Source of the DNA: a virus
Lineage: Duplodnaviria > Caudoviricetes
IMG/VR virus record: IMGVR_UViG_3300028454_000499
Coordinates: 1-64,000 of that record
Strand: one strand, 5' to 3'
DNA length: 64,000 nucleotides
The notes beneath the pieces are model-generated. The model was not told the origin of the DNA. It was given only the letters and a program-made list of their open reading frames with translations, and ran no database searches. A program made the translations under genes and the position numbers. Of this stretch, positions 19,661 to 29,669 are shown in pieces (within the stretch, counting starts at the first letter, position 1; each line of letters starts with the position of its first letter).

Positions 19661-19750
19661 TCGGAAATTTTTTCTTTTTTGCAGGAGTTTCCGAATCATT
19701 TGTTGAATACCCTCATGGGATTTCAAAGAATGATGAAAGGGGAAGATTAT

Positions 19751-20575
19751 ATGAAATTAAAACGCGCAATCGCCATGTTAGTTTCAGTTGTGGCGATTTT
19801 TGCTCTTGTAGGATGCGGAGGTCCTAAGACTGTACAGAACCAACAAATGACTCTAAACCTAGCCTACGGTGATAAAACCGGCACATATAGCGGCGAAGTC
19901 AATGACCAAAACATTCCAAATGGCAAGGGTAAGTTTGAAACTAAAAATTCAGCTGGAGAGCCTTGGGTATACGAAGGAATGTTCAAAGATGGACATTTTG
20001 AAGGTCAAGGAAAAACCACATGGCCAAATGTTAATCAGATTGAAGAAGGGACCTATTCTAATGACCGCTTGAATGGTCAAGGGAAAAAGACCGTAACTAT
20101 CAATGGCAAACAAGATACCTATGAAGGTGAGTTTGTTGCTGGTCTCCCAATGAAATCTGAAACAGTTGGACTTAACACTGATGTTTCATATGCAGAATGG
20201 ACTTACAAAGTTACCGATGTAAAAACACAGAAAACTGCCGGCAATAAGCAGGCTTCTGGTCAATATCTCATTTTGACAATGGATGCTCAAAATAACGGTC
20301 AGCAAACTCGTCAGCCTGGTGGTGGAAACTTCTATGTTCTCGCTGATATAACTAATGGCAGAGTATTCCAAATGGATACCGATGCACCTCTGCAAATCAG
20401 ACTGACAACAAAAGCCTTTAATACTCCATGGTTCTTGTCCGAAGTAAACCCAGGTAACAAAGCTGTTGGCTTCTTGGTTATCTTTGATATACCAGAAGAT
20501 GCAGATATTAACAATCTTGTCCTTTTGCCTAACCAAAGCAAAGGCGATGTTACCCCAATTAAACTCCAGAAATAA
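19751..20575 (+). CDS. Lipoprotein with MORN repeats and a DUF4352-like C-terminal domain (moron)
   Basis: Lipobox LVGC; YSGEV..NIPNGKGKF, YEGMFKDGHFEGQGK; VTDVKTQK..GQYLILTMDAQNNG. Confidence 0.8.
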   Translation: MKLKRAIAMLVSVVAIFALVGCGGPKTVQNQQMTLNLAYGDKTGTYSGEVNDQNIPNGKGKFETKNSAGEPWVYEGMFKDGHFEGQGKTTWPNVNQIEEGTYSNDRLNGQGKKTVTINGKQDTYEGEFVAGLPMKSETVGLNTDVSYAEWTYKVTDVKTQKTAGNKQASGQYLILTMDAQNNGQQTRQPGGGNFYVLADITNGRVFQMDTDAPLQIRLTTKAFNTPWFLSEVNPGNKAVGFLVIFDIPEDADINNLVLLPNQSKGDVTPIKLQK

Positions 20576-20609
20576 AAAAAGCCCCCATCAAAATGATGGG
20601 GGTTTATTG
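20574..20609. terminator. Bidirectional terminator
   Basis: A7-gCCCCCATCA aaa TGATGGGGG-TTT. Confidence 0.75.
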
Positions 20610-20656
20610 TGTCTAAATCAGCCTTTACTAGCAACCCTGTTCAGAAAAATATTATC

Positions 20657-21028
20657 CTACCTGTCGATTTTCTTTTTGTAGCGGATGTTTACCCCTTCGA
20701 TAAGGAATTCTCGCAGTTTCTCATTGTCAAATAACGCGGATGGCGTACAGTCCTCTGGGTATTCCTCTGGTATCCAGTCCGTATACAAATTGAACGCCAG
20801 CATAATGGTACGCCTTGCTAGTGGCGTAACCCAGGCATAGGACAGACAGGCAGGTTTAATTTCATCGTTTTCAAAGTCGAATATATCACGGATGTGTTCT
20901 CGTGTTACCTTTAATAAACCAAGCAGATACACCAGTGCCACCCTCTTTGGTTCTGCTTTGTGCCAATAACCGTAATTTCCAATGAACTCTTGATGCCCTA
21001 GACTGCTATACTTACTAAAGTATTCCAT
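20657..21028 (-). CDS. DUF6075-like protein
   Basis: ALVYLLG..TREHIRDIFDF..IKPACL..W..LAFNLY..TP. Confidence 0.7.
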   Translation of the reverse strand: MEYFSKYSSLGHQEFIGNYGYWHKAEPKRVALVYLLGLLKVTREHIRDIFDFENDEIKPACLSYAWVTPLARRTIMLAFNLYTDWIPEEYPEDCTPSALFDNEKLREFLIEGVNIRYKKKIDR

Positions 21029-21099
21029 CCTTACCCCTCCACAAAATGCGAATATACAAAACATCCCACACCTTGAATAAGATGTGGGATTTCGTAGTT

Positions 21100-21303
21100 T
21101 TAGCCTTTGATGGATGCCAGAACATCTTCTGCGGTCAAATTGTTTGCTGCCATGTATTCAGTAAGTTCCTTGTAATCATCAGATGCCTTCTTAGCTTTCA
21201 ACTCGCCAAGTTGGGATTTGAGAGCCTTAATTTCATTCTGCTTCTTCTCAATCTTTGCTTCGATAGCACTGATTTTTTCTTCGTAGTTTGCTTTTCTTGC
21301 CAT
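21100..21303 (-). CDS. Small coiled-coil protein, 67 aa
   Basis: GGAGG RBS; MARKANYEEKISAIEAKIEKKQ. Confidence 0.7.
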   Translation of the reverse strand: MARKANYEEKISAIEAKIEKKQNEIKALKSQLGELKAKKASDDYKELTEYMAANNLTAEDVLASIKG

Positions 21304-21334
21304 TATAACATTCCTCCTAAACAAATATAGCTAC

Positions 21335-21363
21335 ATTTTAAGATAAAATCGCTAATTTATCAA
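21335..21363 (-). promoter_or_regulatory. Sigma70-type promoter of the 67-aa/DUF6075 operon
   Basis: TTGATA-17-TAAAAT. Confidence 0.65.
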
Positions 21364-21405
21364 GTATTTTATCTACAGGAAATAATCGACTTATATTTGC
21401 TAACA

Positions 21406-22083
21406 TCAAATTGGTTCATTCTTACCATTTGATACTGCCGTGAACGTCCCTGTTTCCGACGTGTAATTTACCATGCAATTCGCTCCATTCCCCATAATAA
21501 CTACATGGTAAGATTCTATCTTTGCACCTAAATCCGTGTTTATTAGGAGTTGTAATTTTTCTTTACCTAAATTTTTTGCTCCATCTAAGTCAACACCATT
21601 TGCTCTAAAATCAAACGATACCATGAACGTATCATCGCTCATTAAGGAAATCGAAATATTTTTTGCTTCTGGAATAACGGACTGTACTTTCTTAGCAATT
21701 TCTTTCTTTGTTGGTTCTACAAGTTTTATTTTTTCTTCTGTTTCCTTCATCAATTTTTCAGCAGCTTCCTTGTCAGCCTTTTCCTTTGACTCCTGCTCTA
21801 ATTTCGCATTTTTCTCTGCTTCTTCCTGCTCTGCTTTAGCTTGTTTTTCGGCCTCCTCTTTCGCCTTCTTGTCGGCTTTTTCCTGTGCCTCTTGCGCCTT
21901 TTTTGCTTCCATAGCGGCCTTTTCTTCTGGCGTAGGTGGTGGCATAAGGACAAAGCTCAAAACAATAGCTACTGCACCAGCAATTCCAAATATTTTTTTA
22001 TCCTTCTTCCTAAACCAACGCCACAAAAACACTAACCACGAAATACCTCCCGCCAAGAATAATAATGTTGCGAATCCTCTCAA
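21406..22083 (-). CDS. Membrane-anchored protein (2 TM, KEA-rich stalk, globular C-term)
   Basis: TTG start after GGAGG; hydrophobic N-term; PPP linker. Confidence 0.7.
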   Translation of the reverse strand: MRGFATLLFLAGGISWLVFLWRWFRKKDKKIFGIAGAVAIVLSFVLMPPPTPEEKAAMEAKKAQEAQEKADKKAKEEAEKQAKAEQEEAEKNAKLEQESKEKADKEAAEKLMKETEEKIKLVEPTKKEIAKKVQSVIPEAKNISISLMSDDTFMVSFDFRANGVDLDGAKNLGKEKLQLLINTDLGAKIESYHVVIMGNGANCMVNYTSETGTFTAVSNGKNEPI

Positions 22084-22151
22084 TTCTTATTCCTCCCTAT
22101 ACTTCAATCCTTAATAAGTATTCGTTGCACGTCTTGCTTTTCCTGCAAAAT

Positions 22152-22194
22152 AAAAAAATGACCTCCAAGGATTTCTCCCCAGAGGTCATTTTTC
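22152..22194. terminator. Terminator after tape measure
   Basis: AAAATGACCTC/GAGGTCATTTT stem. Confidence 0.8.
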
Positions 22195-25100
22195 TTACCG
22201 GAACCCCATCCGCTGATTCCTTCCCAGAATAGCGTTGAGTGCCCGTGGGTTCTCTGCTAGTGCTTTCATCACCTGTTCCGAAGATGCCTGCGTATTGAGC
22301 ACCACCAGTCCACCACTATTCCCGTCCTTGCCCATGTTCCGCAGCAAATCCGTCTGCTGTGCCATAAGGCTTTCCATCTTGGCATTGGGATTATCACGGT
22401 TCAGCACTTCGGCTCTCCTTGTCACATTCGTGGAAATATGCGGTACATACGGCGTGGGGGAGATTGCCCCACCCGTGGCGTACTTGCCGTAGTTCATGCG
22501 GTCAAGGTTATCCTTGCCAATCCGCTGCGTGGCTTCGGCGGTCATCACATACTCACCGTTGGAAAGATACACGAATCTGTCCTTGTTGCCGATGTATGCG
22601 AGGATGGAATCGCTCGTACCCGTGCCAGCCCCAGAGATTGCCCCTGCGGTCTGTCCGCCGGATGCGTAGCCGGGAATTGAACCGCCTGTAGCCTTGCCCG
22701 GTATATCACCGCCACCTGCGAATTTCAGTCCCCAACGCACGAACAACGCCTGTAGCTGAATTTTCAACAACTGTTGTAAAGCAAATTTGCCAATATCAGC
22801 CCAGAGTTCCTTGAAGGATTCACTAAAGGATTTCCCTGCGGTCAGCACATTGGAGAACATATTAACCGTGCCATCGAGAATCATCTTATTGAATTCCAGC
22901 TCCACCTTGCGGATTTCCTTTTCCTTCTCCGTAAGTGCTCTCGTGGTTTCATTGACCTCTTTCCGCGTATCCTGCTCTGCCTGTGTACCTACGTTTGCCA
23001 GCGACTTCCATTCCAGCCCCAGACGTTTGACTTCGGTTTCCTGCTTCGTGATTTCATCGGTCAAAGCCTCGTTGCTGCCACCACTTGCCTTGGCTTTCAG
23101 TTCCTCCAACTTGTCTACCGCCGCCTCATACTCGGTCAGCTTGTTTTCCCGCTGAATATCGCCGTCCTTCTTCGCCTCCAGAGCCGCAGCCTGCTTGCGT
23201 TCCAACTGGTCACGCAGAATATCCCGTTGGGCTTCCAAGACGTCCCTGTTGCCACGAGGGTTATCATCACCATAGGGATGGGCGAGTTCATAGTCCGTAC
23301 TCATTTTTTCCATGAGGTACATATCCATTTCATCGGGATTCATGTACCCTGCCGCCTTTTCCCACGCTTGACGCTGTTCCTCGATAGCTTTCGTGGTCTG
23401 CAAGATTTTCTGCCGGATTTTTTCTTCGTCATCCACCTGTTTCTTGAAGGAATCAACACCAGCTAGGTCAGCCAATGCTTTTTTCTCGGCAGGAACCAGC
23501 TTTTCCCATGTAGTTCCACGCTTTTCCAGCATTTCCTCAATATCCTTATGGGTATTCAGAAATGCCTTGATGCCCTTCTGCGTAGAATCCAGAGAGGTTT
23601 CCAAAATCTGCTTGGCTACCTTATGGGATGCCAGTTTCAGTTCTGCCACCGCAAGATTAGCCCTGTCTTGCCCAGCAGTCCCGCCATTGAGGAAATCTTG
23701 GGACTTGGCTTTCCATGTAGCTATATCAGCACGTTCATTGGCTCTCTGTTCCTCCCAAAGAGCCTCTTGATACGGGTCAAGCTGAAAATCGTTGATGGAC
23801 TTCGGCTTTTTCTTACCGCCGCGGACACTCGTGGTATACGGCTTGCCGGCCAGTTCATTTACCGAGATAACCCCTTCGATACCGGAACTTGCAAAGGCAG
23901 TTTCCCAGTTCGTACCATAGTAAGCCGATTTTCTTCCCTGTCCGGCTGCCGCATAATAACCTTCGCCATTTTCACCAATCATAATCACATGACCGGCCTT
24001 GCCACTGCCATCGGTATTCGTCAGCCCAATGTCACCGGCTTTCGGGATATACGCGCCGGATTGCACCTCGGAATACGGATGGAACGCATAAGAAGCATTG
24101 GTGCTCCAGTCCGGTGCCCATGCACCGAGATTATTTACCGTATCCTCGTCCACCCCGGCGTTAATCAAGGCTTTCTGGATAAGCGTAGTGCATACCTTCT
24201 GCGTAGCATCGCGCCAAGAAGAACCGCCGTAGGCTTGTCCCAGTTCAGCCTTGACACCAGCGATGACATCATCATTGAACGAACCGGGCAGACCGAATTC
24301 GTCATCCTTACCGAAATCAAAGGATGCTTTCTGTGCCTGGTAATTCTTACGCACCTGTGCCACATAGCTGTCACTGCCGCCGTTATACGCACGGACAGCT
24401 TTCCAGAGTTCACCCGTACTATCGAACTTCTCTGCCAAAAGACGTACTGCCGTCATAGCATTGTTCAAGGGTACTGCAATATCCCCGGTGCCAAAGCGTT
24501 CTGCATCAGCGCGGGTTACCTGGAACATACCGAAATGACCGGAGCCAGCGTAATCCTCCAGAAGATTACCATTGGCATCATATTGGCGAATCGTGGTATC
24601 ACCGCCGGATTCCCGTGCGGCAATGGCACGGAGCAAAGGTTCGGTAAACTGATACCGCTGGGCAATGTCAGACTGTGCCGCCTCATGGATTGCCGCCGAA
24701 AGTTCGTCCTGCGAGTAATCAATGAGTGTCTTTCCGTGGTGTCCTTTACCGGATTGCTTGGTCTTGCCATAGTTATTGTTATCCGGCGTAGCCGTAGAAT
24801 CCGTCTTAGCTGCCTCGGTTTCGACATTGGACAGCCTTACCCCGGCTTCTTCTACAGTTTTCTCCTGCTGGGCAAGCAGGGATTCCAAATCGGCTTCCTT
24901 TACCTCTAACGCCGCCAGTTCCTGCTCCAGTACATCCGTGTTTCCGTTCTCTTTGGCACGGGATACCGCCCTGTCCTTTTTGGCAGCCCACTGGTTGTAG
25001 TTTTCACTGGCCTGTGCCCTCACGGCATCCACGCCACCAAGATTATCCACCGTCCAATCATCCAGCCAGCCGGAAACACCTCGTCCATCCTCATGGTAAG

Positions 25101-28100
25101 TATTAGCCATAGCCAGCAGTTTATTGGCGGTTTCCATGCCCTTTACCGCAGTCTTATACTCCGTGTCGTTAATGACCGTATTCAGCCAGCCCCACGCCGT
25201 TCCCGTGGCTTTCACCTGCTGAATTTCCTGTTTCAGCCCTTCAATTCTCGCTTTCAAGGAACTCAACTGGGTCTTGGTCGCTTCGGCGTTTGCCTTGGCT
25301 GTAGACAGATTATCTTTCTGCTCCTGGACATTCTTGCCCTTTTCCTTCTCCATGTATTCCTTGATGGCCCCGACCTTAAAACCGTTGTCATCAATGAACT
25401 GCTTGGCATCGGTATGGAGGATTGCCGCAATGGTTTCTTCCATATCCTTCAACTGCTCCTGCTTTGCCTTATATTCCTCGCTGCCCTCGGACACCGTAGA
25501 CAGGCTCTCCTTGACCTTGTTATACGCTTCGGCAACCTGGAGAGCCGCCGTTTCTCTGCGCTTGGTCTGGTCAAGTTCCTGTTCTGCCGTTTCAATCTTT
25601 CTTTGCAAAGCATCGGCAGCATCACTTGCCGCATTGGCTTCTTCCCCCTCTGCCATCGCCGATAACAAAAGGTCAGCCCCAAGCGTAGCCGCGATGGTAG
25701 CCACAATGGTCATTGGACCGCCGAGAACAGCTATAGCCGTAGACAACGTGCGGGAGGCCACCGTAGCTACCTTTTCTGCCGTGGCAAAAGCCGTAGTCGC
25801 AGCCGTGCCTATCCGCATAGCTACCGTTTTACGTCCGATTGCCCCAGTTGTTGCATTTTCTGCAACAGCTTGACGAACAGATGCCCCGGCACTTGCCGTT
25901 TTCGCGGCGGTATTCGCTGTGGTCTGTGCGGTATTCCCTGCGGTCACATTGGATTCCGTTGCTTTGGCTGCGGATGCGGCACCGGTGCTTGCTGTGTTGC
26001 CTCGTTCAGCAGCGGTATTTGCCGTCTTACTTGCGGTATTCGCATCAGTCTGTACCGTGTTAGCCCCTTGGGCTGCGCTATTCGTCTGGAGAGCAGCGGT
26101 TTCCTCATTGATTCCCTGGGTATTCCGGCCTGTCCCCAATACGGCTGCACGTTCCGCACCTTTGGCTCTGCCAGCCTCCTTGGAATCGGTGTACATATCC
26201 CCGAAAAGACCTTCGACCTTGCCGCCTTTGCGGTATTCCTCGCTCATATTCCAAGTGGTTTTCATAGCTTCCTTTGCCGCAATCAGCTTGCCAATCCCTG
26301 CCGATGCTGCCTTGATTGCCACCAAACCGCTTACAACGTAGCCCAGATATTTTGCCAAGGACAATACATTGGTCTGACCTTTACCTGCTTCCTCGCTCAA
26401 TCTGCGAAGTCCGGTTGCAATATCACGAATCTGCGTAGCGAGCCACTTCATCCCATCGAAACCGCCGGACTGCCCCAGCGTAGCAATGAGATTCACCGCC
26501 TCTGCCTTGGCCTGTTCCATCTTACGCTTGATGGTATCCAACTGGACAGCAACCTGTTCATCCGCAAAGCCCTTGGTCTTGCCATCGTTAAGAACACCCT
26601 GCATACGCAGAATTTCCTTGTAATTTTTGAGGATAGCGGAAATCTTGGAATACTGATATTTACCACCGGCCAGCGTGGAGAGGAACTTTGTCGTATCCTT
26701 TTCCGTAGAACTTACCGCAAGGGAAACATCGAGAATTTGCTGCTCCAAAGACCTAACGTGTTCCTTGCCGTCCGTCCCCAGTTCCTTCGTCTTGATGCCC
26801 CAGAGATTCAATGCCTTTTCAGCCTTTCCAGAACCCATAGTCACAAACAGGGACTTCAATGCCTGTCCGATTTCATTACCAGAACGCGCCGTTGTACGGA
26901 CACCGGTTTCCACCAATGAGGTGAAGAAGGAGAAACTAATCCCTGCCTGTGCCGCCGAAGCACCGGCCACCTGTATTGCCTGGGAAATATCCTGCCCGGA
27001 TGCAGCACCACTATGAGCAGCCCTCGTCCAAATATCAATGATTTCCGAAGAACGGGTTATGAGGTCATTGGTATCTTCCGTCTGCAAATTCCACTGCGAC
27101 ATGGCGGCTTCAAGACCTTTCGTGGCTTCTTCCATGGAAAACGCATCAGCCACCGCCATCTTCGCTGCCTGGTCAGTGAATATCTTGGTATTGATTACAC
27201 CGTTCTCCCCTTGGCCATACATACGACCAATGGATTTCGCCGCATCCAATACTTCATCCGTAGCTTGACCATATTTACCGGCTATGCCAATGAAATCCGT
27301 CATTGCCTGGTTCATCTTTTCCAGCTCATTGGCATAGCCAACGGGGTCAGAATCCTTCATATGCGGATTCGCTTCGATGGACGGAATAACCTGCCGGATA
27401 CCGGCCATACGGTAGTCAATGTTAGACATTTCGTTTTCCAGAGCCACCGGCGCACCAGCCGCAATACCAATGGCTGCACCCGTGGTAATCCACTGCATAT
27501 GCGACATCGCTTTCCGTGCAAACTCGGATTGTGTACGGGATGCCCCCTGTATACTGCGCTGATACCGGTCATATTCCTTTTCGGTCAGCCGCAAGGCATT
27601 ACGCGTTTCCGCAAAAGCCCTTAGATTTTCCTGCGTAGGTGCTTTGCGGTACGTTGCATAAAGTGCCTCACAGCGGGATTGCAGACGGCGAAGCTCCTGC
27701 TCATACGAGCGAACCTCTGTAGTCTGATTGCCAAGATTCTGGGCAAGTGCCGAAGAATCCCGTGCAGCCGTGGATGCCTTATTGAACGAAACCGCATTAT
27801 CGTAGTTCAGCACCGGAGAAACCGGAGCCATCGACAACGCCTTTTTACCACCAAGGACCCGCAACTGCTCCCGGTACTCATTGGTTACCCTCTGGGCTGC
27901 CCTAAGTTCCTCGTCCGTAAGCTGCTTGCCACGGGAAATAGCCACGCCCCATTTTTCAGCATCATCCTTGACCTTTTTCCATGCGGATTCAAAGGCTGCA
28001 TTGCCGTTATATTTGCCATTCTGCGCCGCAACACTTGCTTCTACGCCCTTCCGGGTTTCCGCAACATTTCTGCGGATGCTCTCGCTGGCCGCCACCTGTT

Positions 28101-28803
28101 CACGGATAACTTTTGCGTAATCCGTCCATCCCTGCTTGCCAAAGGGATTCTCTACGGTTTCAAAACCGTACTTCTGGAGCGTTTCGTTGGAACTATTGAC
28201 GATGGAACGATATTTGCCATAGGTACTCTGTGCCAATGCCTTATGGCGTTCCAACGACCTGTCATATGCTTTCAGTGCGCTGTCCTGCGCCCGGATGGCA
28301 GCGGTAACCTCGTCAAACTGGGCTTTTGCCTTTGCTCCCAAAATCTTATCAATGTCCAGATTCTTGATGCGCTGCATTTCATCCTTGACCGCCTTAATCT
28401 GCGAAAGGACAACATCGATCGTCTTGGTCTGGTTGGAATCAGCGATAACAACCTGCCCACCACGCATGATGACTTCTTTTTCCTTGTTGAGTTCACGGAG
28501 CATCGTCCGGAGCGCGGTCATATTCTGGGTAAGGCTCTCGAACCCTTCATCAATCCCCTTGCCCCCCAAGGATAACTTGTCGGCTTCCTTAGCGGCATCC
28601 CGGACTGCTTGGGCAAATCTCTTAGCCCCGCCAGCAGCAGATTCAAAGCCAGCCTTAGAGCCGAAGTCAGACATTGAATGATTGAGTTCCTTGAATGTAT
28701 CCTCGAACCCCTTTATGTCCGTCCGGATTCCTTCCAAACGGCGTTTGAAGTAATCTACGTTGAGTTCGACTGTATATTTCAGTGTTCTGTTGTTATCAGC
28801 CAA
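22195..28803 (-). CDS. Tape measure protein with lytic transglycosylase and CHAP/NlpC-like domains
   Basis: 2202 aa helical; GRTTARSG-like TMP core; AIAARESGG..GMFQV..AVRAYNGG; CTTLIQKAL..AGDI..GHV. Confidence 0.92.
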   Translation of the reverse strand: MADNNRTLKYTVELNVDYFKRRLEGIRTDIKGFEDTFKELNHSMSDFGSKAGFESAAGGAKRFAQAVRDAAKEADKLSLGGKGIDEGFESLTQNMTALRTMLRELNKEKEVIMRGGQVVIADSNQTKTIDVVLSQIKAVKDEMQRIKNLDIDKILGAKAKAQFDEVTAAIRAQDSALKAYDRSLERHKALAQSTYGKYRSIVNSSNETLQKYGFETVENPFGKQGWTDYAKVIREQVAASESIRRNVAETRKGVEASVAAQNGKYNGNAAFESAWKKVKDDAEKWGVAISRGKQLTDEELRAAQRVTNEYREQLRVLGGKKALSMAPVSPVLNYDNAVSFNKASTAARDSSALAQNLGNQTTEVRSYEQELRRLQSRCEALYATYRKAPTQENLRAFAETRNALRLTEKEYDRYQRSIQGASRTQSEFARKAMSHMQWITTGAAIGIAAGAPVALENEMSNIDYRMAGIRQVIPSIEANPHMKDSDPVGYANELEKMNQAMTDFIGIAGKYGQATDEVLDAAKSIGRMYGQGENGVINTKIFTDQAAKMAVADAFSMEEATKGLEAAMSQWNLQTEDTNDLITRSSEIIDIWTRAAHSGAASGQDISQAIQVAGASAAQAGISFSFFTSLVETGVRTTARSGNEIGQALKSLFVTMGSGKAEKALNLWGIKTKELGTDGKEHVRSLEQQILDVSLAVSSTEKDTTKFLSTLAGGKYQYSKISAILKNYKEILRMQGVLNDGKTKGFADEQVAVQLDTIKRKMEQAKAEAVNLIATLGQSGGFDGMKWLATQIRDIATGLRRLSEEAGKGQTNVLSLAKYLGYVVSGLVAIKAASAGIGKLIAAKEAMKTTWNMSEEYRKGGKVEGLFGDMYTDSKEAGRAKGAERAAVLGTGRNTQGINEETAALQTNSAAQGANTVQTDANTASKTANTAAERGNTASTGAASAAKATESNVTAGNTAQTTANTAAKTASAGASVRQAVAENATTGAIGRKTVAMRIGTAATTAFATAEKVATVASRTLSTAIAVLGGPMTIVATIAATLGADLLLSAMAEGEEANAASDAADALQRKIETAEQELDQTKRRETAALQVAEAYNKVKESLSTVSEGSEEYKAKQEQLKDMEETIAAILHTDAKQFIDDNGFKVGAIKEYMEKEKGKNVQEQKDNLSTAKANAEATKTQLSSLKARIEGLKQEIQQVKATGTAWGWLNTVINDTEYKTAVKGMETANKLLAMANTYHEDGRGVSGWLDDWTVDNLGGVDAVRAQASENYNQWAAKKDRAVSRAKENGNTDVLEQELAALEVKEADLESLLAQQEKTVEEAGVRLSNVETEAAKTDSTATPDNNNYGKTKQSGKGHHGKTLIDYSQDELSAAIHEAAQSDIAQRYQFTEPLLRAIAARESGGDTTIRQYDANGNLLEDYAGSGHFGMFQVTRADAERFGTGDIAVPLNNAMTAVRLLAEKFDSTGELWKAVRAYNGGSDSYVAQVRKNYQAQKASFDFGKDDEFGLPGSFNDDVIAGVKAELGQAYGGSSWRDATQKVCTTLIQKALINAGVDEDTVNNLGAWAPDWSTNASYAFHPYSEVQSGAYIPKAGDIGLTNTDGSGKAGHVIMIGENGEGYYAAAGQGRKSAYYGTNWETAFASSGIEGVISVNELAGKPYTTSVRGGKKKPKSINDFQLDPYQEALWEEQRANERADIATWKAKSQDFLNGGTAGQDRANLAVAELKLASHKVAKQILETSLDSTQKGIKAFLNTHKDIEEMLEKRGTTWEKLVPAEKKALADLAGVDSFKKQVDDEEKIRQKILQTTKAIEEQRQAWEKAAGYMNPDEMDMYLMEKMSTDYELAHPYGDDNPRGNRDVLEAQRDILRDQLERKQAAALEAKKDGDIQRENKLTEYEAAVDKLEELKAKASGGSNEALTDEITKQETEVKRLGLEWKSLANVGTQAEQDTRKEVNETTRALTEKEKEIRKVELEFNKMILDGTVNMFSNVLTAGKSFSESFKELWADIGKFALQQLLKIQLQALFVRWGLKFAGGGDIPGKATGGSIPGYASGGQTAGAISGAGTGTSDSILAYIGNKDRFVYLSNGEYVMTAEATQRIGKDNLDRMNYGKYATGGAISPTPYVPHISTNVTRRAEVLNRDNPNAKMESLMAQQTDLLRNMGKDGNSGGLVVLNTQASSEQVMKALAENPRALNAILGRNQRMGFR

Positions 28804-28946
28804 GTTTTATCACGCTCCTTAAAATATCGCCCACGAGGTTCGCCCCTGTTGCTTCTCTGTACCGTCTTACATATAAACTACCGTGTTCTCCTCTAAAATT
28901 GCTCTACGGCTTTCCTACGGTTTCTGTGAATATTTGTATGGAAAAA

Positions 28947-28975
28947 TTGCATTTTGGATAATAAAGTGTTATAAT
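28947..28975 (+). promoter_or_regulatory. Promoter of small-ORF unit 1
   Basis: TTGCAT-17-TATAAT with extended -10 TG. Confidence 0.75.
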
Positions 28976-29025
28976 AATGTACATTGTTACACTCAATTTC
29001 ATATTGCGACATTATTGAATCACTT

Positions 29026-29145
29026 TCCTACGCTGAAAAGCGGTTTGTGAACCTAGCATTATTGCCAATGTGGGGGGTAGTCAGCTGCTTCCTTGTTCCC
29101 TTGCACTCAATCTAACAACTGCAACGCGGTTAAGGACGTAGAGGA
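29026..29145 (+). ncRNA. Candidate structured leader RNA
   Basis: Closing TCCTACG/CGTAGAGGA; CGCT-GAAA-AGCG; GGGGGTAG-TCAG-CTGCTTCC; TTGCA/TGCAA. Confidence 0.35.
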
Positions 29146-29174
29146 CAAACAATTATTTTTTTGGAGGGATTCTC

Positions 29175-29348
29175 ATGGAAAACATGGAAAATGGCGCAAT
29201 CGCAAAAGAACTTATGGGTAAACTTATTGGAGCAGAGCAGATTCTTTTTCTTCTGACCAAGACCCATGACAGTGAGTACACAGAAACTATCGAGATTGTA
29301 CGCAGTACACTTGCAGAGGCCATGGCACTTGCTGACGTAATTGAGTAA
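29175..29348 (+). CDS. Small acidic helical protein, paralog 1 (57 aa)
   Basis: Manual: MENMENGAIAKELMGKLIGAEQILFLLTKTHDSEYTETIEIVRSTLAEAMALADVIE; GGAGG RBS. Confidence 0.75.
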   Translation: MENMENGAIAKELMGKLIGAEQILFLLTKTHDSEYTETIEIVRSTLAEAMALADVIE

Positions 29349-29357
29349 CAAGATTCG

Positions 29358-29389
29358 GCACGGATTTATTTCCGTGCTTTTTATTTTTT
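29358..29389 (+). terminator. Terminator of unit 1
   Basis: GCACGGA/TCCGTGC plus T-tract. Confidence 0.8.
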
Positions 29390-29402
29390 CACAATTTACC
29401 TC

Positions 29403-29431
29403 TTGCAATGATAATTTGAAAGTGCTATAAT
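29403..29431 (+). promoter_or_regulatory. Promoter of small-ORF unit 2
   Basis: TTGCAA-17-TATAAT with extended -10 TG. Confidence 0.75.
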
Positions 29432-29669
29432 ATGTACTGCGTTCTGATGAGAGAACGTGGGTCTGTAAAAATACATAACATCCTGCCCTCTAGAACACAA
29501 TCATATAAGGATGTCTCAAAAATATAATTTAATCTAAATGAGAAAACGATATTCGATACTTTTCAAACTACTTATTTCAAATGGTTACAAAGTAACTTCA
29601 AGTTTTTTCAGCAAATAATATCATATTATGATATTGAGATTATATTTTATATGTGGAGGCGTTTTTATT

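Noticed and set aside
29445-29480. Hammerhead ribozyme (CTGATGAG)
   Set aside because: No stem II followed by GAAA; the motif is the loop of a simple CGTTCT/AGAACG hairpin
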